Shown piece by piece: positions 17,088 to 25,225 of a stretch of DNA of 64,000 nt (positions are counted from its first letter, which is position 1; each line of letters opens with the position of its first letter). The stretch spans positions 67,299 through 131,298 of the forward strand of contig JAHWKK010000001.1 of assembly GCA_019347945.1 (NCBI GenBank), read 5' to 3'. The notes below the pieces were generated by a model. That model was not told the origin of the DNA. It did no database searches and saw only the letters and a list, made by a program, of their open reading frames with translations. This DNA comes from Acidobacteriota bacterium. GTDB lineage: Bacteria > Acidobacteriota > Thermoanaerobaculia > Gp7-AA8 > JAHWKK01. The translations under genes and the position numbers were made by a program.

Positions 17088-18271
17088 CCGCTGTTCGCTC
17101 CGCCGTTCTTGTACTTGATGAGTTTCGGAATCGCTTTGACAGCGAGGTCGAAGTAGCGCGGATCCTTCTCGATGCCGATGCTGCGGTAGCCGACGGCTTC
17201 CGCCGCGGCAAGCGTTGATCCTGAGCCGGCGAACGTATCGAGGATGATGCCTTCGCCGAGCGGAAGCACACCACGAATGAGAGTCCGCAGGAACATCTGC
17301 GGCTTGAGGCTCGGATGCGGCGCCAAATCCTTCTCCTTCTTGTGGGTCGGCGATGACGGGATCACGTCGCCGAACGGCTTGTCAGGTGACGGCCTTCGAA
17401 ATCCTCCCGTCGACCACCTGCGCAGGTTGTCCTGCACGCGACCGTCGATAGGTTTCCGGAAGACGAGCCACGGCTCCCACATCGAGCGCGGCATGACCGA
17501 GACCCCGAAGAACTCGTCGTGAGCCGCCTTCGGGCGATCGCCGCCACGCATCGTCATCACGAGTCGCGCGATCTCTCCGCGCCGCTCGAGTCCCGCTCGT
17601 GCGAGAGCACCTGAGATGACGTAGGAGAGAAGCGGGTTGCTGGCGACTACCACGTTCGCGCCAGGCACGAGAACCGGCAGGAGCGCCTGGCCCCAATCGA
17701 AGAAGAACTTCCCGAGCTGCTCGACATCGTTCTCCGACAGTACCGTGAAGCGGGGGAGGGGAGAGCGCTTGCTGCCATCGAAACTAGGCGGGATCCGCCA
17801 AACACCACCCTTACCATTTCGCAGTTTCTCTTGTTGTGCCGGTTGGTACTCGATGAGCCCGTAAGGTGGATCCGTAACGACCGCGTGGATCGTGTTCGCC
17901 CGTTGCTCCGCGAGCCACTCGAAACAGTCCGTTTGGACGAGCGTGGACGATCGGAACTTGCTCGTCCGGAATTCCCCCCATGCAGGATCGGGATTGTCTC
18001 CATACTCTTCCGCGTGCTGATCCCCGATGGTGTAGATCCCGCGATCTTCGCGCTCGAACAGCTCCCCCAGGTTGAGCCGGAGATAGGATCGGATGCTCGA
18101 GGACGGGATGTCGCCGATGAGACCCTTGACTCCATCTTCGATCTCGGCGACAGATGCTCGCTTCTTAGAAGAGAGAACGGTTATGATCGCGTCCCGTATC
18201 TCGCCGGGCCGGCGACGCTGTTGCTTGGGTTTGCCCGGGGTCTTCTTCGACCGGCGGGATGAGGAGGGCAT
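17069..18271 (-). CDS. Beta-class DNA methyltransferase (N6-adenine/N4-cytosine) with an N-terminal winged-helix-like domain.
   Basis: Motif IV DPPY (AVVTDPPYGLIE) precedes motif I FxGxG (ILDTFAGSGSTLAAAEAVGYRSIGIEKDPRYF). That order defines the beta class. Confidence 0.9.
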   Translation of the reverse strand: MPSSSRRSKKTPGKPKQQRRRPGEIRDAIITVLSSKKRASVAEIEDGVKGLIGDIPSSSIRSYLRLNLGELFEREDRGIYTIGDQHAEEYGDNPDPAWGEFRTSKFRSSTLVQTDCFEWLAEQRANTIHAVVTDPPYGLIEYQPAQQEKLRNGKGGVWRIPPSFDGSKRSPLPRFTVLSENDVEQLGKFFFDWGQALLPVLVPGANVVVASNPLLSYVISGALARAGLERRGEIARLVMTMRGGDRPKAAHDEFFGVSVMPRSMWEPWLVFRKPIDGRVQDNLRRWSTGGFRRPSPDKPFGDVIPSSPTHKKEKDLAPHPSLKPQMFLRTLIRGVLPLGEGIILDTFAGSGSTLAAAEAVGYRSIGIEKDPRYFDLAVKAIPKLIKYKNGGANSGYLFSM

Positions 18272-18409
18272 AGGGAAATCATAAGACGTCCAGACGTCTT
18301 AGTCCACCAAGGCGTGCGAAGTTATTGGCCCGGTGATCGCCGTATACGGCGAATGCAGAGGAACTCATCGGTGACGCAGGTGTCCTCCAGCGCCACGATC
18401 ACTTTGAAA

Positions 18410-20812
18410 TCATCTCCTGACGCGTGAGCGGCGTCTCGCCACCGGCCAGGCGGCGAGTCCGAGAAGGGCGGTGCCCGATACCCAGAGGCCGTGGTAGAAG
18501 GATCGCGGCCTGTAGTCGACCCGAACGTGGGTCGTACCGGGAGGCACGAGGAATCCGATGAACCCGCCGTTCACCTCGCTGATCGGAAGCTCGATGCCGC
18601 TCGATGTCCAGACGCGCCACCCGGGATAAGCGGGAAGGGAGGAGGCGATGACGGACCAGCGCTGCGCGTCGACCTCGATGTCGTAGCGCCGCGGGCTGGA
18701 TCGGAGAATGGTGATCTCCGTCGGCGGAAGCAGATCGGGGCGAGGGCCGAAAATGTCGTCGTGCGCCTGCTCGACGAGACTCGAGTGGATCCGGTTGACG
18801 ACGACCGCATTTCGCCAGTCGATGTGATCGAGAAGCAGCGCCTGCCGTTCTTCCGCATCTCCCTCCATGAGCGTATGGCGAGGTGCAATGAACCTCGGCA
18901 TCGCCTCATCGTTGCGATAGATGCGTGCATCGGACCCCTCCCAGACCATTACCCAGGCGGAATCGTTGAGCTGCACGCCTGGTGGTGTGATGACGTATCG
19001 CACACCCATGAAGTCGAGAATCGGATGATGGTAGCTGCCGAGCATCGCGAAGTAGCTCTCCGCCGTATAGCCGGTGTAAACGCGAAGCATCCCGAGCACC
19101 CTTGCCGTCGACATCGGATCGTGCGCGCGGATGTCCTCGAATCCGTAGATCGCCGATGTATTCGGAAAGAGAGCTCCCGATACTCCGGCGATTCGTGCAG
19201 GTTGGAGATCGTCGCTCGCGATGAGCGCTTCGAGTTTCTGGATCGCGGGGGTCTCCGGATAGAACGCCGAGCTCGGCATGGTCGTGTTCCAGCTCCAGCC
19301 GAAAGCGAGAAGCTCCGCGGTAATCGCCACGATGAGGGCGGCAAACCAGAGGGGGGAACGCGACAGGAAAAGTGCAATTGCGGCGACGATCAGAACGATG
19401 AACGAAGGGATCGCCGCGATGGCCGAGTCGATGAGCACGCGGTCGGCCGGCGTACCGAGCGCGAGCTGATGCCCCAGAAAAACCGCGGCGAAGATCACGA
19501 CCGTGCTGACCACGCCGATCTGAAGAGGACGCCGGTCCCCGTCGAGCGCCCGCTGCACCAGGAGGCCGAGCAGAAGGGCGCCGGTCCAGCAGAAGAGAAA
19601 CCGGAACCTTCCGTTGGCGATCATCGAATAGAGAGGAAGGGACTCGAAAGCCCGGGTCAGCCATGGGGTGTGGATCGCGACCGAACAAAGCAGGATCGTC
19701 AGCAATGAAAAGAAAGTCGCGTCGTGACGCCACAGCCGGTCGCGAACGGCGAGAGCTCCCCAGCCGACGAAAGCTGCAACCGCGAGCACACCGCTCCATC
19801 CCATGATCACTTCTGCGTGCGCCGGCCCCCAGGCCGTGTTCTCGGTAACCGAGCCGAAGAACTCCGGATGCAGGAAATTCATCAGAAAGCCCCAGTAGAA
19901 GCGACCCCCCCGGTGATCGCGGAATGCGTCCAGCTCGACCCATCGCTTCGAGAAGGGGAGGACCTCGAAGAAGGGAAAGAGGAGAGGAGCCGCGATCAGC
20001 AGCGCGAGGATCCCGGCGCCGATTGCCGCGGCGGCCGCGCGCTTCGTCACGGGCCATCCATCCCGAATCATCCTGAAGAGGAGCCATGCGGCCGCGACTG
20101 TGACGATGTGCGCGGCGGACTCCGGATGCCCGTTGATCAGAAGCGAAAGGAAAGCAAACGTCGTGAAGCAGAAGCGGCCCCAGCTGACGCGCTCGAGAAG
20201 GAGGTCGAGAGCGACCAGCGTCATCGGAAGATGGACGAGCGTCGTCGCGAGCGGAAAGTGGAGCCACACCATGATCGCCGTCGAAAAACTCCATGAGACG
20301 GCCGTGATCGTGGCGGCGAGGTCCCCCGCGCCGCGCCGCCTCGCGAATACGAAAGCGAACCAGAGCGCGACGAGGAGCTTCAGGGCGGCCTCGGCGGTCA
20401 TCGCATCTCCGAGATCGAGCGGGAGAGTCACGAGCCGGAAGGGAGAGAAGGCCGAGCTCTGCATGTTTGCCAGAAGCGGGTAACCCCCTTGCGCGGTGTG
20501 ATTCCACAACGGAGCCTCCAGACGCGTCCAGGATTCCCGAACGAGGTGAGCCCACGGAACGATCTGCATCGATACGTCGTTGGTCTGGCTGTTGTGAACC
20601 TCGAAGTCGGGATCGGATCGCCAGGGGGGAAGCCGCTCGAGCTGGTCGACTGGAATCGCCACGTAATCGAGAACCATCGGCCGGAAGAGAAAGACGAGGA
20701 CCGCAGCGTAGAAAAAGATCGCGACCCGCGGCGGAAGGCGGAGAGAAGTAGTCCGCGCCATCAGGACGAAGACCGCGAAGACGGCCGCTACGAGGATGAA
20801 CGTGGGATTCAT
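18410..20812 (-). CDS. GT-C fold polytopic membrane glycosyltransferase, YfhO/ArnT-like.
   Basis: About 800 aa, with more than 12 TM helices followed by a C-terminal globular domain. The ATG at 20812-20810 overlaps the lpxL stop codon in an ATGA arrangement. The ORF-track start at 20875 would overlap lpxL by 66 nt. Confidence 0.75.
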   Translation of the reverse strand: MNPTFILVAAVFAVFVLMARTTSLRLPPRVAIFFYAAVLVFLFRPMVLDYVAIPVDQLERLPPWRSDPDFEVHNSQTNDVSMQIVPWAHLVRESWTRLEAPLWNHTAQGGYPLLANMQSSAFSPFRLVTLPLDLGDAMTAEAALKLLVALWFAFVFARRRGAGDLAATITAVSWSFSTAIMVWLHFPLATTLVHLPMTLVALDLLLERVSWGRFCFTTFAFLSLLINGHPESAAHIVTVAAAWLLFRMIRDGWPVTKRAAAAAIGAGILALLIAAPLLFPFFEVLPFSKRWVELDAFRDHRGGRFYWGFLMNFLHPEFFGSVTENTAWGPAHAEVIMGWSGVLAVAAFVGWGALAVRDRLWRHDATFFSLLTILLCSVAIHTPWLTRAFESLPLYSMIANGRFRFLFCWTGALLLGLLVQRALDGDRRPLQIGVVSTVVIFAAVFLGHQLALGTPADRVLIDSAIAAIPSFIVLIVAAIALFLSRSPLWFAALIVAITAELLAFGWSWNTTMPSSAFYPETPAIQKLEALIASDDLQPARIAGVSGALFPNTSAIYGFEDIRAHDPMSTARVLGMLRVYTGYTAESYFAMLGSYHHPILDFMGVRYVITPPGVQLNDSAWVMVWEGSDARIYRNDEAMPRFIAPRHTLMEGDAEERQALLLDHIDWRNAVVVNRIHSSLVEQAHDDIFGPRPDLLPPTEITILRSSPRRYDIEVDAQRWSVIASSLPAYPGWRVWTSSGIELPISEVNGGFIGFLVPPGTTHVRVDYRPRSFYHGLWVSGTALLGLAAWPVARRRSRVRR

Positions 20813-21738
20813 GGCCGGGAAACAGTCTGGTAACGCGGATCGGACGGGGATCGCTTCCACCTCTCGTGCATCCACAGCCAGAGATGCGGCTCACGTCGGA
20901 TGTGCGTCGAGATCAGCTCGTTGATCCATTGCGTGATCTCCTCGATTTCCTCGGGTGTTCCCGTCATATCCCTGGTTTCACGCAGCTCGGTCAGCTCGAT
21001 CTCCAGCCCTTCATCATCGGATGGATAGCAGAAGGCTCCAATGATGGCTGCTCCGTTGCGGATCGCGAGCTTCGCCGGTGCTGGGGTCGTCCATGCGGGC
21101 TGCGACACGAAGGGGACCAGAAGTCCGTGACGCGGAGCCACGGCCTGATCGGGAAGGACGACCACACCCTTACCCTGCGCGATCCAGTCGCGCATCGTCC
21201 GCGCGGATTTGCGTCGCGCGAGAATCCTGATTCCCGTCCGAGTGCGGGCCCGTTCGATATCGCGCTGGAGTAGCGGATTGTCGAGGGGTCGCGCCACGAC
21301 TGCGAAGGGAATGTCGAGCGTCTCGAGCGCCGCGATCGCGGATTCCCAGTCTCCGAAGTGGGCAGTGAACAGAACGACCCCCCGGCCTTCTCCAATGGCA
21401 CGATCGAGCGCTTCACGTCCGTGCACCCGAATCCCGGTCTTCTCGATTGTCGGCCGGTCCAGGCTTCTCAGATACTGCAGAGACTGACGGGCGAAATGGC
21501 GCCAGCACGCCCGGATCGTCTGTTCGATCATTTCGTCGGTCCGTTCCGGGAAGCAGAGGCGCAGATTTGCGCGTGCGGTGCGCGTCCGAGATCTCGCCAC
21601 GGAAGGGAGAATTCGGGCGAGCGCATCGGCGATGCGTTGCGTTCCGCCCCGTCCGATCAGTCCGACAATCCAGCGGACCACCCGGAAGGCTCCGTACTCG
21701 AGAAGAATCAGCGAGCGTGACTTACGTCTTCTGGCCAT
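20809..21738 (-). CDS. lpxL: Lipid A biosynthesis lauroyl/myristoyl acyltransferase, LpxL/HtrB family.
   Basis: The sequence is VVLFTAHFGDWESAIAALETLDIPFAVVARPLDNP...RKSARTMRDWIAQGKGVVVLPDQ. The HX4D-like FTAHFGNWE region is typical of LpxL/LpxM. Confidence 0.8.
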   Translation of the reverse strand: MARRRKSRSLILLEYGAFRVVRWIVGLIGRGGTQRIADALARILPSVARSRTRTARANLRLCFPERTDEMIEQTIRACWRHFARQSLQYLRSLDRPTIEKTGIRVHGREALDRAIGEGRGVVLFTAHFGDWESAIAALETLDIPFAVVARPLDNPLLQRDIERARTRTGIRILARRKSARTMRDWIAQGKGVVVLPDQAVAPRHGLLVPFVSQPAWTTPAPAKLAIRNGAAIIGAFCYPSDDEGLEIELTELRETRDMTGTPEEIEEITQWINELISTHIRREPHLWLWMHERWKRSPSDPRYQTVSRP

Positions 21739-22693
21739 CGTCCTTTTCGCGCCGGGAAAGCGCCCTCATGAGGAGATCGTGAAACTGGCGCTCAGGCCTG
21801 ATCAGCATCGAGACTTCGAGATAGCCGATCCGGTCCTGCCATGGTCCGATTTTCACCCAATCCTTTTCGGTCGTGAGGATGAGGCTGGCGCTGAGCTCTG
21901 TGGCGGATCGGACGATCGCGTCCAGCTCTTCGTCGGAGTAGCGGTGATGATCATCGAAGCCGTCGAAGCGGACGATCGTCGTGCCGAGGTGCCTCAGTGC
22001 TTCGGCGAACTGAACGTTGTCGGCGAGGCCGCTGAACGCGACGATTCGGAGGCCTGTAAGCGACGCGGTAGGTTTTCTTCCACCGGCAACGACGACGGCG
22101 TCCGGTTCGAGTGTGGCGCGAAAAACTGGAGGGCCATCCGGGAGTCTTTCGATGGTTCCACGTCCTCTTACGAGCACGCCATCGGCCCACCGGAGCGCCG
22201 CCCGGGACTCGCGGTACCATCTGGCCCTTCGGTAGTCGATCACCAGATCGAGGTCACGGTCGAGCTGAAGATGCTGAAAGCCGTCGTCGAGAATGAAGAC
22301 GTCGCAGTCATTGTCCCGGAGCCAGGCCGTGGCGGCGTCGAAGCGTCTCGAGCCGACGATGATCGTGACGCTGTCCGGGAGCCGGCGTCTCATCAGAACA
22401 GGCTCATCGCCGAAGCGAACGGCGTCGAGCGCATCGACCTCAGCCCATCGGTCGCGGCCTCTCCGTCCATAACCGCGCGTGAGGACGACGACGCGAAGAT
22501 TCTGCGAGGCCAGCCATCGAGCGACCGTGATGACCGAGGGCGTTTTTCCGGCGCCTCCCATCGCGATGTTGCCGATGGAAATGACCGGACGAGGAAGCGA
22601 GCTCTGGCGGAAAATCTTCATTCGGTAAAGAGCACGCCGCGACCGGTTGATCCCCCGGATCAGAAGCTGCGCAGGAGTGAAGAGCGGGCTCAC
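21722..22693 (-). CDS. lpxK: Tetraacyldisaccharide 4'-kinase.
   Basis: The P-loop is VISIGNIAMGGAGKTP, followed by VLTRGYGR and ILDDGFQH, which are LpxK hallmarks. Confidence 0.9.
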   Translation of the reverse strand: MSPLFTPAQLLIRGINRSRRALYRMKIFRQSSLPRPVISIGNIAMGGAGKTPSVITVARWLASQNLRVVVLTRGYGRRGRDRWAEVDALDAVRFGDEPVLMRRRLPDSVTIIVGSRRFDAATAWLRDNDCDVFILDDGFQHLQLDRDLDLVIDYRRARWYRESRAALRWADGVLVRGRGTIERLPDGPPVFRATLEPDAVVVAGGRKPTASLTGLRIVAFSGLADNVQFAEALRHLGTTIVRFDGFDDHHRYSDEELDAIVRSATELSASLILTTEKDWVKIGPWQDRIGYLEVSMLIRPERQFHDLLMRALSRREKDDGQKT

Positions 22694-23949
22694 CCGAGCA
22701 ACCCCACCACTCTGCGGGCGGTGTCACCGGCGGCGCCGCGATTCCGTTCGACGCAATCGAGCGCGCGAGTACCGTACTCTTGCCGCAGCTCGTCGTTGCT
22801 GGTCATCCGGGCGAAGAAACTCTCGAGCTCGGCGGCATTGGCGACGACGACGGCGGCGCCGGAAGCGACCAGCTCGGAGGCGATGTCGCGGAAGTTCGTC
22901 ATGTATGGACCGAAGGCGACGGGGCAGCCGCTGGCCGCCGCTTCGACCGGATTCTGGCCTCCATGCGGCACGAGGCTCCCGCCGATGAAAGCCGCGTGAC
23001 ACTCCCGGTAGAGATTCGCGAGCTCGCCGATGCTGTCGAGCAGCAGAACGTCGGACGGACCTGCTTCCGCCAGCCGCGACCGCCGCGCAACGTTCAGGGA
23101 GGAGCTGGAAATGATCTGTGCCACCTGATCGAAACGCGTTTCTTTTCGAGGCGCGACGATCAGAAAGCAGTCGAGATCGACGAGCGATCGCATCATTTCC
23201 AGCAGCATCGCCTCCTCCCCCTCGGCCGTCGATCCGAAGATCACGATCGGGCGCTCGCCGGCCAGCTGATGCAGCTTCTCTGCGAACGACACGGGAGGGC
23301 CTGGAAGCTGGAGATCGAACTTCACGTTTCCAGTGACGACGACACGCTCGGGGAGAGCTCCGATCGCAACGAATCGCTCTCGATCGATCCGCTCGCGAAC
23401 CATGAGCAGATCGAAGCTCCGCAGGACGCGGGCCGCGAGTCTGCGAAACCGGAAATATCGGGGGAACGAGCGATCGGAGAGCCGGCCATTGGCCACCGAG
23501 AGGCGGATTCCTCGCTCGGAGCATGCCCTCGTCAGGATTGGCCAGAGCTCGGTCTCCATGGCGACGTGGACCGAGGGGGAGTAATTCGAAAGGAACCGTT
23601 TGACTGAGAATGTAAAATCGAAGGGAAACCAGGTGATCGTAGCTTCCGAGAAGAGCCTTTTTGCAAGATCCTGCCCCGTGGCCGTCGTCGTGGTGACGAC
23701 GAGCGAGGTTCCGGGACGTACCCGGCGTATGGCGTCAGCGACGATTTTCGCCGCCGCGACCTCGCCGACTGAGACCGCATGAATCCAGACGTCATGACTT
23801 TGACGGACAGCGGCGTAGAAACCGAGCCGGTGGGGGATGTTTCCGAGCTTGCGCCCGCCGAGCAGGCGGCCGAGAGCGTAGAACGGGATGATCGCGACGA
23901 AGGTGATGAACGCAGCGATCTCGTAGAGGAAGAACATCCGCGGCATCAT
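22690..23949 (-). CDS. waaA: 3-deoxy-D-manno-octulosonic acid (Kdo) transferase.
   Basis: The N-terminus MMPRMFFLYEIAAFITFVAIIPFY...RYFRF...IWIHAVSVGEVAAA parallels E. coli KdtA (MLELLYTALLYL...IMLHSVSVGETLAA). Other matches are METELWP and GGSLVPHGGQNPVEAAA. The start is at the MM codons at 23949-23944, not the 567-aa ORF-track start. Confidence 0.9.
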   Translation of the reverse strand: MMPRMFFLYEIAAFITFVAIIPFYALGRLLGGRKLGNIPHRLGFYAAVRQSHDVWIHAVSVGEVAAAKIVADAIRRVRPGTSLVVTTTTATGQDLAKRLFSEATITWFPFDFTFSVKRFLSNYSPSVHVAMETELWPILTRACSERGIRLSVANGRLSDRSFPRYFRFRRLAARVLRSFDLLMVRERIDRERFVAIGALPERVVVTGNVKFDLQLPGPPVSFAEKLHQLAGERPIVIFGSTAEGEEAMLLEMMRSLVDLDCFLIVAPRKETRFDQVAQIISSSSLNVARRSRLAEAGPSDVLLLDSIGELANLYRECHAAFIGGSLVPHGGQNPVEAAASGCPVAFGPYMTNFRDIASELVASGAAVVVANAAELESFFARMTSNDELRQEYGTRALDCVERNRGAAGDTARRVVGLLG

Positions 23950-23982
23950 CCTTCGGGCACCAGCGAGGGTCAAGCCACCGCC

Positions 23983-25194
23983 GAGCGCGTCGTGATCGTG
24001 GGAATCGCCCGGCCGGGGACCGGCCGATTCGGGGCGAACGAGCACCTCGATGAGCTTCACGGTCTGGTCGAAGCCGCCTCGGGAGAAGTCGTCGGCCGGG
24101 TCCTTCAGGAACGAAGGGCGCCCGATTCCGCAACATGGATCGGCAAGGGAAAAGCGAATGAAGTCGCCGCTCTCGTCGCGGAGACGAAGGCGGCGCTCGT
24201 CGTCTTCGATGACGATCTTTCGCCAGCCCAGCTTCGCAACCTCGAGAAAATCGTCGCGGTCAAGGTGATCGACAGAAGCACGCTGATTCTCGACATCTTC
24301 GCCAAACGTGCACGGACGGCCGAGGCGCGGACGCAGGTCGAGCTCGCACAGCTCGAATACATGCTTCCGAGGCTGACGCGCCAGTGGGTCCATCTCTCAC
24401 GTCAGGCCGGCGGAATTGGAACGAGAGGCGTCGGCGAGACGCAGCTCGAGATCGACCGGCGCCTGGTCCGAACCAGGATCCGACGCCTGGAAGAGGAACT
24501 TCGAAAGATCGAGCAGTCACGCCGTCTACGCCGATCCGGCCGGAGCGTTTTCACGGTTGCCCTGGCCGGTTACACGAATGCCGGAAAATCGACGCTCTTC
24601 AACCGTCTGACCTCCGACACGACCTATGCCGCCGACAAGCTTTTCGCAACGCTCGACTCGAAGCTCCGGCGGATGAACGGAGAGATGCCGCTCCAGACCG
24701 TTGCGGCCGACACGGTCGGATTCGTCAGAAAACTTCCGCATCATCTGGTGGCATCGTTCCGCTCGACAATGGCGGAAACGACCGAGGCGGATCTCGTGCT
24801 TCACGTCGTCGACGCCTCACATCCCGCCTCGGACGAGCAGGAAGCGGTCGGGCGGGAAGTCCTTCAGAACCTTGGGGTGGATCAGTCGAATGTCGTGGTC
24901 GTGCACAACAAGGTCGATCGACTTGGAGCCGGGTTTGGTCGTGCGGGGGACGTCGTGCGGGTCTCGGCGCTCGACGGCCGGGGGATCGGAGAGCTGCTCG
25001 CGGTCATCCGGGAGCGGCAGCGGGCTCTGGGGCAGGTGGTCGAGCTGCTGATTCCTCATCATGAGGCAAAGGTACGGGCCAGACTCTACGAGACGGGAAG
25101 GGTCGAGGCGATCACCGAACGGGAAGAGTGTTCGGAGATCCGCGCCTGGATTCCGTCCGCGCAGATCCCGGAGCTTGAACAGTTCCGTAAGTGA
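23983..25194 (+). CDS. hflX: GTPase HflX.
   Basis: G motifs are GYTNAGKSTLFN, DTVGF and NKVD. The HflX N-domain is ...VIVGI...EELAALV..VFDDDLSPAQLRNLE. The start is uncertain. The upstream ATG at 23779 would overlap the waaA 5' end by 170 nt, so an in-frame GTG at 23983 or 23989 is preferred. Confidence 0.8.
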   Translation, partial: ERVVIVGIARPGTGRFGANEHLDELHGLVEAASGEVVGRVLQERRAPDSATWIGKGKANEVAALVAETKAALVVFDDDLSPAQLRNLEKIVAVKVIDRSTLILDIFAKRARTAEARTQVELAQLEYMLPRLTRQWVHLSRQAGGIGTRGVGETQLEIDRRLVRTRIRRLEEELRKIEQSRRLRRSGRSVFTVALAGYTNAGKSTLFNRLTSDTTYAADKLFATLDSKLRRMNGEMPLQTVAADTVGFVRKLPHHLVASFRSTMAETTEADLVLHVVDASHPASDEQEAVGREVLQNLGVDQSNVVVVHNKVDRLGAGFGRAGDVVRVSALDGRGIGELLAVIRERQRALGQVVELLIPHHEAKVRARLYETGRVEAITEREECSEIRAWIPSAQIPELEQFRK

Positions 25195-25225
25195 AGAGGA
25201 GCTGATTCCGCGAAGAGGCGTCGCT

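Noticed and set aside
18491-20894. Large alternative ORFs at 18491-19708 on the plus strand and 18906-20894 on the minus strand.
   Set aside because: They are out-of-frame or antisense shadows of the YfhO-like membrane glycosyltransferase gene. Their translations are Arg/Gly/Pro-rich and motif-free.
23779-23982. The ATG at 23779 as the hflX start.
   Set aside because: It would overlap the well-supported waaA 5' end by 170 nt on the opposite strand and add a 68-residue acidic leader that HflX proteins lack. An in-frame GTG at 23983 or 23989 just before the conserved VIVGI is preferred. The call is low-confidence.
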